Positions 56,561 to 64,000 of a stretch of DNA of 64,000 nt are shown piece after piece. Positions within the stretch are counted from its first letter, which is position 1, and each line of letters begins with the position of its first letter. The stretch spans positions 143,654,001 to 143,718,000 of the forward strand of contig NC_043000.1 of NCBI RefSeq assembly GCF_006345805.1. Direction: 5' to 3'. Below the pieces are notes generated by a model. The model saw nothing but the letters and a program-made list of their open reading frames with translations. It did no database searches and was not told the origin of the DNA. Source of the DNA: Octopus sinensis (lineage: Eukaryota). The position numbers were made by a program, and so were the translations under genes.

Positions 56561-57776
56561 ACCATAAATTAAAATCAGTATCATATTTATTTCCCAAAAT
56601 AAACACCTAATGTGAGCTTCGTTGAGGTGTACATGCTCTTGGGTTCCAGGAAAATGTCCTTTTTACCTTCATATCAAAACCACGTTGTACAAAGCTATTT
56701 CTATTGGAGTCCAATCTATAGCAAACTTTGGGAACAGTTCCTCGCCAAGGAATATAGCTCTGCCTTTCTACCACTCTTAACGACACTAAAATCTAATGAA
56801 CCTTGATATTTCTACATTGAAAACGACAATTATGGAACCGTACATCTTTCATATAGTGTAATATTACGAGGAACACAAAACTGTAAATGCTGTAAAACGT
56901 ATGACTGCAGTACATCCCTTCACTGAAAAGTCCATTCATATGATATGAACACGCTATATTGGGGCATTTCAAGTTATAAGAAGCATGGATTCTCACAATC
57001 TTACTCAACTTATTTATAAATGTAAATACACATGCATACACACGACAAAGAAACAAACTCTTTCACCCCCACACACATACAAACACAAACACACACGCAT
57101 AAAGCGGCAGCTGCGTATTCATTTAGGACGCAGGCACATGTAGTGGATTCCATCTAAACAGCTTCCGTACATTTGAAGCTTCACGGCCTTCTGATACTAA
57201 TATGAAAATTTCTGAAACGTACCTACTTGTTGATGACTGCATATCTGGGCCTTCTCAAGCTAATTCTAAACAATGACGTTCTTCGTGAGCCACATAAACG
57301 ATAACATCCAGTTTCTTGATCAATGAAAGAGAAAGCAAGCGGTGCTCAGCTAACCGATTGTTTGAATCGCCCAGTATTTCCAGAACGAAGTCATGCGTTG
57401 GATAACTTGTGCATCTAATACTAGCGAGCTACGGAGCGTGTCATCTAATGAGTATAAATATCTTTTTTTTTTATTCGTAAAATAAAACCTGATATAAAAT
57501 CACGGCCGCAAGTAAGTTAACATATATATCAATTTACAAATATTTTAGGACTTCTTTACATACATTTGTAAATATATAATCTGAAACTGTTACTGACTGA
57601 TCTACACTCACATATATACATACAAATGCACACTTACATACACACACACATATATAGGTGCGTCTGGGTCTGTTGAGTGACAATGACTCTGTGCTTGTAT
57701 GTGTGTGTGGGTTTGTGTATGCGCGTGTGTAAATAAACTTATCGATGACTTTCCGTTCTCCAAATTCTCATGAGGG

Positions 57777-57780
<4 letters not shown>

Positions 57781-57872
<92 letters not shown>

Positions 57873-57879
57873 GTATATC

Positions 57880-57910
<31 letters not shown>

Positions 57911-58066
57911 GTATATCTATATATATATATATATATATTTATGTATATCTATATATTATATATTTATGTATATATATTATATATATATAATATATATATA
58001 TATATATTTATGTATATATATAATATATATATATATATATTATATATATATATATATATATTTATG

Positions 58067-58159
<93 letters not shown>

Positions 58160-58190
58160 TATACATGTATATATATATATGTGTGTGCAG
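57781..58190. repeat. ~400-bp (TA)n array with recurring TTTATG interruptions
   Basis: Directly visible. Confidence 0.95.
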
Positions 58191-58863
58191 AAATGAATAT
58201 ATAGCAATTAATAATTACGTAAAATATGTTAAATTATGTGTTAGAAAAGGATTCATGAATATTTTGTTCATTTGGAACCAACTATTCAAAAGACAAATAT
58301 AGTAATATGATGGTAAGCATAATAAGCAGAAAATATAGAAATAGACATATTTCGTTGCTGAATATTGCATCAAGTCGTAGGTTTAAACTGAAGGGAAATA
58401 TCATTAATATCAATTAAATCAATTATCCCTTATTTTTGAAAATGTGTAATGTACCTTTAATCATTAACTTCTACGATTTGAGGGGAATTTGGTCGATCTT
58501 TTTCACAGGTTAATCGACCAATTAGCGGCCTCCGTATTTGAACAAGCTATGTATTTTAAAACTATAGGCACGAGATAAGGGATCAAGTGAAAGTGTGTTT
58601 TGGGGGTAAAATATTCAAACATTCATAATGGATGTGGCAGTGCCGGAGCAAAACTGATTTAATGTAAGATTGCATATTCTATGATTAAATGTTTCTAACG
58701 TCCAAAATACGTGTATGTCTGCAGTTAGCATAAGTAGGAGCTTGTTAAATATGTTATTGCCAACATTGTGAGACAGGCACACCAAAGCAGATTTGTTTGT
58801 GGAACACATTGTCTACATAATTGAGATACTGAAACTGATAATTATTATTAATGTTAAATAAAA

Positions 58864-59080
58864 GGCGGCGAAATGAGAGAATCATTAGCACGCCGGGTAA
58901 AATGTTATGAGACATTTTGTCTGCCTGCAAGTCCAGAGTTCAAATTCTGCTGAGGTCGACTTTGCCTTTTATCCTTTCGGGGTCGATAATCTAAGTACCA
59001 GAGAAACAGTGGGGTGATTATAATCGCCTAGTCCCCTCCCAACAAAAATTCAGGCATGTGCTTTCCGTAGAAAAGATTAT
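58864..59080 (+). mobile_element. SINE family A, tail type 2
   Basis: ggcggcgaa...cagagttcaaattctgctgaggtcgactttgccttttatcctttcggggtcgataa. Confidence 0.88.
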
Positions 59081-59988
59081 TAATGTTAATGATTTTTTTA
59101 GTCAGAACTATTAATAGTAAATGTTCTGATAGACGGGTCCATTATAAGTGATAACAGCTGAGTTCGTATACCGGTAACAAACATTTATCGAACGTATCAA
59201 TAGTCATTACTGCTAGAATTGATTTTTTTTTCTTGATACGCATTTGTCTAATCTAATGCTGAGTGCTGATTAATAGAACCGTGATGATATTTTGAGACAT
59301 CAAAGTGAAACCAATATATTGTTGCTGGTAGAGCTTTCTGGCACTGGCACATTTTGACAATATAGCAGAATGCACATCAATTTGCTAATGAAAAGAATGC
59401 TTTTAATCCGATGTTGTATTGCGACGAAAACGTATTACCGTCACGAGTGGGAATATGTGCTCATGAGAGAGAGGATAGGCACTATATATGGAGGATTTTA
59501 TTTCAGAAGCTCAGGATACAATTTGTATTCTGTTTGCTGAGTTGAACCATAGATGCACTTTGATGTTCGGATATTAATGAAAACTATTGAAAGCATACTA
59601 AGCGACAGTTAACGTCCGCTTGATGTAAAACATAAAAGCAAAAAAGAAATGAAAAAAACCGAAGTAGAATTATCGGTAGTTGCTACAGCAGTTTTCTAAA
59701 TTTAGATCTGTATTTACAGTTACCGGCGAACTTCAGCATGTAGCATATAACTAACTACCACAACACCAATTTGAGAGGCTGGTCTACCAAACAACAGAGT
59801 TTATTGCTAATTAAAAGTTCATATACAATCCCATAGAACTGTGAATATAGGTGAATTGTTCCAAAATTACACCCCTAGTAGATTCATATGCACAATATAA
59901 GGAAAAAAAATTTGCACTTGCAATGGAATTTATGCACAGGCTTGTGATCAACTGTATATATAGATACACGCACACACATATATATATG

Positions 59989-60021
<33 letters not shown>

Positions 60022-60033
60022 GTATATATAAAA

Positions 60034-60887
<854 letters not shown>

Positions 60888-61184
60888 TTATTTCTTACTT
60901 TTTTATTTTATTTTTTTGATTTAACCAAATTGCTTATTTAGTTATATATTTAACCCATGCCTTCCCCCCATATTTAGAAATGTACCACTAAATATTATAG
61001 CTACGCCTTATTCTATTTCTAAATTCTAGTCGGTCGAATATTTCACAGTGGGTCAGAATGTAGCACCAACTGGTTATTACCCTTCTCACTTTCTCTTTCT
61101 TTTTCTTCTTTTTCTTTTGACTTTTATTTTATTTACTTATCTATTCTGATGAAGTTCTGAGATTCATTTTGGTATAACTAATGA

Positions 61185-61600
61185 CCGTAAGTCCTCGAGT
61201 ATAATCCGCATTTTTTCCCAAAATTTAAAGGTCAAAATCCCTAATGCGTACTATATACGAGGTTAAAAATGAAAAATATTTTCTATGCAATGTCCGAATC
61301 TCTATTTGCTGTCCAGCAATGTTTATTGAGACACATTTTGTGATGTTGGGCGCGAAAATACCTTAAACTATGCCTGAAAGCAATGAAGTCATAAAGTGAT
61401 TTATAGACTGAATGGATGTCGACTAGAGAAAAGTCGTTCACTAAAGGTGGAAGGGTTTGTGCTCCCAATCTGACTTTGATATACAAATGGATCGTGTATG
61501 CATGGAATGAACTTGATCCTCAGATTATTGTGAAAAATTTTATCAAATTTGAAGGATTTGAATAAATGTTTTTGCTTTTGCTTTTGTAACTGATAGTAAT
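61185..61600 (+). mobile_element. Internally deleted pogo/Tigger(Tc2)-type DNA transposon: left end plus transposase C-terminus
   Basis: End CCGTAAGTCCTCGAGTATAATCCGCA with an inverted sub-terminal echo at 61245-61262. 61413-61565 encodes WMSTREKSFTKGGRVCAPNLTLIYKWIVYAWNELDPQIIVKNF, typical of pogo-family DDE_1 C-termini. Right TIR not found. Confidence 0.7.
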
Positions 61601-61706
61601 AAATATGTAAAGGCAATTTACTTAATATTTATTTCCACTGACATTATTACTGTTATTTCTTTATTTTCTGCAAACAAAATGCACAAAAATGCTACACGTT
61701 TGCATT

Positions 61707-61884
61707 GTATATATATATATATACATATAGATAGATATATATACATATATACATATATATACATATATACATATATATACATATATATACATATATATAT
61801 ACATATATATACATATATATACATACATATATACATATATACGTACATATATATACATATATATACATATATACATATATATAC

Positions 61885-61915
<31 letters not shown>

Positions 61916-61952
61916 TATATACATATATATACATATATGTATATACATATAC

Positions 61953-61994
<42 letters not shown>

Positions 61995-62009
61995 ATATAC
62001 ATATATACA

Positions 62010-62041
<32 letters not shown>

Positions 62042-62060
62042 CATACACACACACGCACAC
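61707..62060. repeat. (TA)/(TATACA) patterned micro/minisatellite
   Basis: Directly visible. Confidence 0.95.
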
Positions 62061-62269
62061 ATGGTATAAGTTAGTGGTGTTTAAACCCTCTTAGGGATAG
62101 ATGTATCCAAAGGCACTCCTGATAATTACCTCAGTAATTGGTATAAGTTATACAGTAGCATAGTTCAATGTATATATAGACAACAAGAAAATGGAGGAAA
62201 AACAACACTGAGAAGTGTATTTGGCGCTAAAGAGCGTTTATTTAATCAGTTAAGCAGTTAAGTCAGAGC

Positions 62270-62350
62270 GAGTTTACAGCTGTTTCAGTGTAACATACTG
62301 GGGTAAATATGTATTTACCTTGTTGCAAATGGTGGACATCATCAGATCTA
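62270..62350 (-). ncRNA. Degenerate hammerhead ribozyme in the Penelope-like element 3' region
   Basis: UAGAU-CUGAUGA-[52 nt with GGUAAAU/AUUUACC hairpin]-GAAAC-AGCU-GUA-AACUC; stem I has only 3 of 5 pairs. Confidence 0.55.
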
Positions 62351-62695
62351 AGACGGCAGAGATAGACAAAGAGGAGAATAGAGCGAAAGATAGATGGAGA
62401 AACCGGAACAGAAAATGTTCAATGATTCGAAAGTTTTAGATTTTAGTTAGGTTCAAAGTTCATTAAATCTATTCTGAGGTAGATGAAGAATAGAGGTTGG
62501 TTGTATCTAAGGCCTCGTAGTTAGTTATTAGCATGACTTCCACGTTACTACCTGTCCGGCTAGTTGACCACCGGTGTAACCTGAGGGAGTTATCCTTAAT
62601 GAGGGATATACGGTGTGGTTATTAGATCCTATGTGTGACTATCATATAGGTTGTAGGTAGTTCATATATTTAAGTAAGGGTAAATTTTATATATA

Positions 62696-62928
62696 TATTT
62701 CTTTACTACCCACAAGGGGCTAAACACAGAGGGGACAAACAAGGACAGACGAAGGGATTAAGTCGATTACATCGACCCCAGTGCGTAACTGGTACTTAAT
62801 TTATCGACCCCGAAAGGATGAAAGGCAAAGTCGACCTCGGCGGAATTTGAACCCGGAACGTAACGACAGACGAAATACGGCTATGCATTTCGCCCGGCGT
62901 GCTAACGTTTCTGCCAGTTCGCCGCCTT
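62696..62928 (-). mobile_element. SINE family A, tail type 1, near-consensus, inserted into the Penelope-like element
   Basis: Reverse complement is collinear with 30812-31042; ATTTTATATATA occurs on both flanks. Confidence 0.95.
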
Positions 62929-64000
62929 CATTTTATATATAGCATTTTTATATATAGCGTAAATTTTATATATAGCATCGGTACGATTTAGCGTGTAAAT
63001 AGACAAAGTATCTGAATAATATCTAGGTTTGAGGAGAGCAAAGAAAAGAAAAGGAAAAAGATAGGTAGGGGAAATTTGGCATATAAAAAGAGTTGGTAGT
63101 TCTCGACTGAATGAATTATTGGATAAAATTAGGCAAGCGTAGTATGTAGATTAGGTATATTAATTATTTATCGATAATGTGGGTTGGAGTACACTAGTGT
63201 AGAATATTAATTAGGCATATTAATTATTTATTTATAACGTGGGATGGATATGCGTAAGCTAGTTAAGGTATAGGTACATTAAAGGGAGTTAATACACTGA
63301 TAATTAGGTACTAATAATATTTACGCTAGGTGATATTGGTGTATACAGGAATGAGTGTGTTTAACAAAACTTAGAGAAGACGAATCTACTCTATTAGGTA
63401 GGGGTGATGTGACCATTAAAATTAGCAGACTTTCTGTTATATAGAATTCACATCGCTTATTGTTAATGCTATAGGACGAGGTTTTTGCTAGGATACGTCA
63501 TTCTAAACTATAGTTGATTTTTTGTCTTTTAATTCCCAAATGTTGCTAAGTCATGCAGAGTCTGCTTAACTTTTATTTCTAAAACTAGATTGGTGGGAAT
63601 TGTGTCTAAGTTTTATTTCGTTTTTCGTGCTTCGTATATAGGGTTTTGTCTGATTATATTCGAGTACATCGCATTGGTATATTACGTTTATTGTTTTACA
63701 TCTATTGGAGAACTGACACTTATTTCTCTCTTTGCAGCCTCATGAATTATTCAGTTTATCTGTGCTTGTGTTGTCTTGTAGGGGGTTATTATTTATCGGA
63801 TCCTTGACCGTGTTGTTTCAGGGCGAGTTATTAGGGATGAGATTTGTTCTATTTGACAGTTGGCTGTTAAGTTTTATGTTGCATTTTACCTAGTTTTTTA
63901 GAAGGTGTCTAGATTATTACTGTTGATCGAGGCTATGATGGTAGCTAGGTTACTAGTTAGGCTATGGCCAACTCTAATTTTATTCTTAAAGATTCATGAG

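Larger units (their letters stand above)
62060..64000 (-). mobile_element. Decayed Penelope-like element: 3' end of the ORF with GIY-YIG endonuclease (~63345-63740) and 3' UTR/pseudo-LTR
   Basis: Minus strand reads CKERNKCQFSNRCKTINVIYQCDV...KPYIRSTKNEIKLRHNSHQSSFRNK...LSNIWELKDKKINYSLE*RIL...KRCEFYITESLLIL. The upstream KIRVGHSLTSNLATIIASIN matches the PLE linker. G/T strand skew continues across the SINE to ~62400. Left boundary approximate. Confidence 0.85.

Noticed and set aside
57250-57420. Minus-strand ILGDSNNRLAEHR, resembling a GIY-YIG segment
   Set aside because: Spacing is wrong and no flanking motifs support it.

Overview
AT-rich, repeat-dense animal genomic DNA, most likely Octopus. 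The species is inferred from recalled tRNA-derived SINE families and the extreme (TA)n/(CA)n/(ATCT)n/(TAA)n microsatellite load, not from a database search. No intact host protein-coding gene, rRNA or true tRNA can be supported; almost all ORFs in the track are microsatellite translations or repeat read-throughs. The window holds three SINE families (called A, B and C here) and decayed R4/Dong-clade non-LTR retrotransposons, including one copy apparently nested in another. It also holds the 3' end of a Penelope-like element (GIY-YIG), a non-autonomous Helitron, and pogo- and mariner-type transposase remnants. The most notable signal is a set of candidate self-cleaving RNA motifs. There are hammerhead folds at 55011-55053 (-; complete core, inside a 240-bp (TA)n-flanked element), 49185-49258 (+; 20-position stem II) and 62270-62350 (-; downstream of the Penelope ORF). 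A further hammerhead is split by a micro-inversion at 49744-49787. A 383-bp TSD-flanked RTE-derived non-coding element (45977-46359) begins with an HDV-ribozyme-like segment. All folds were paired by eye and none has been tested.
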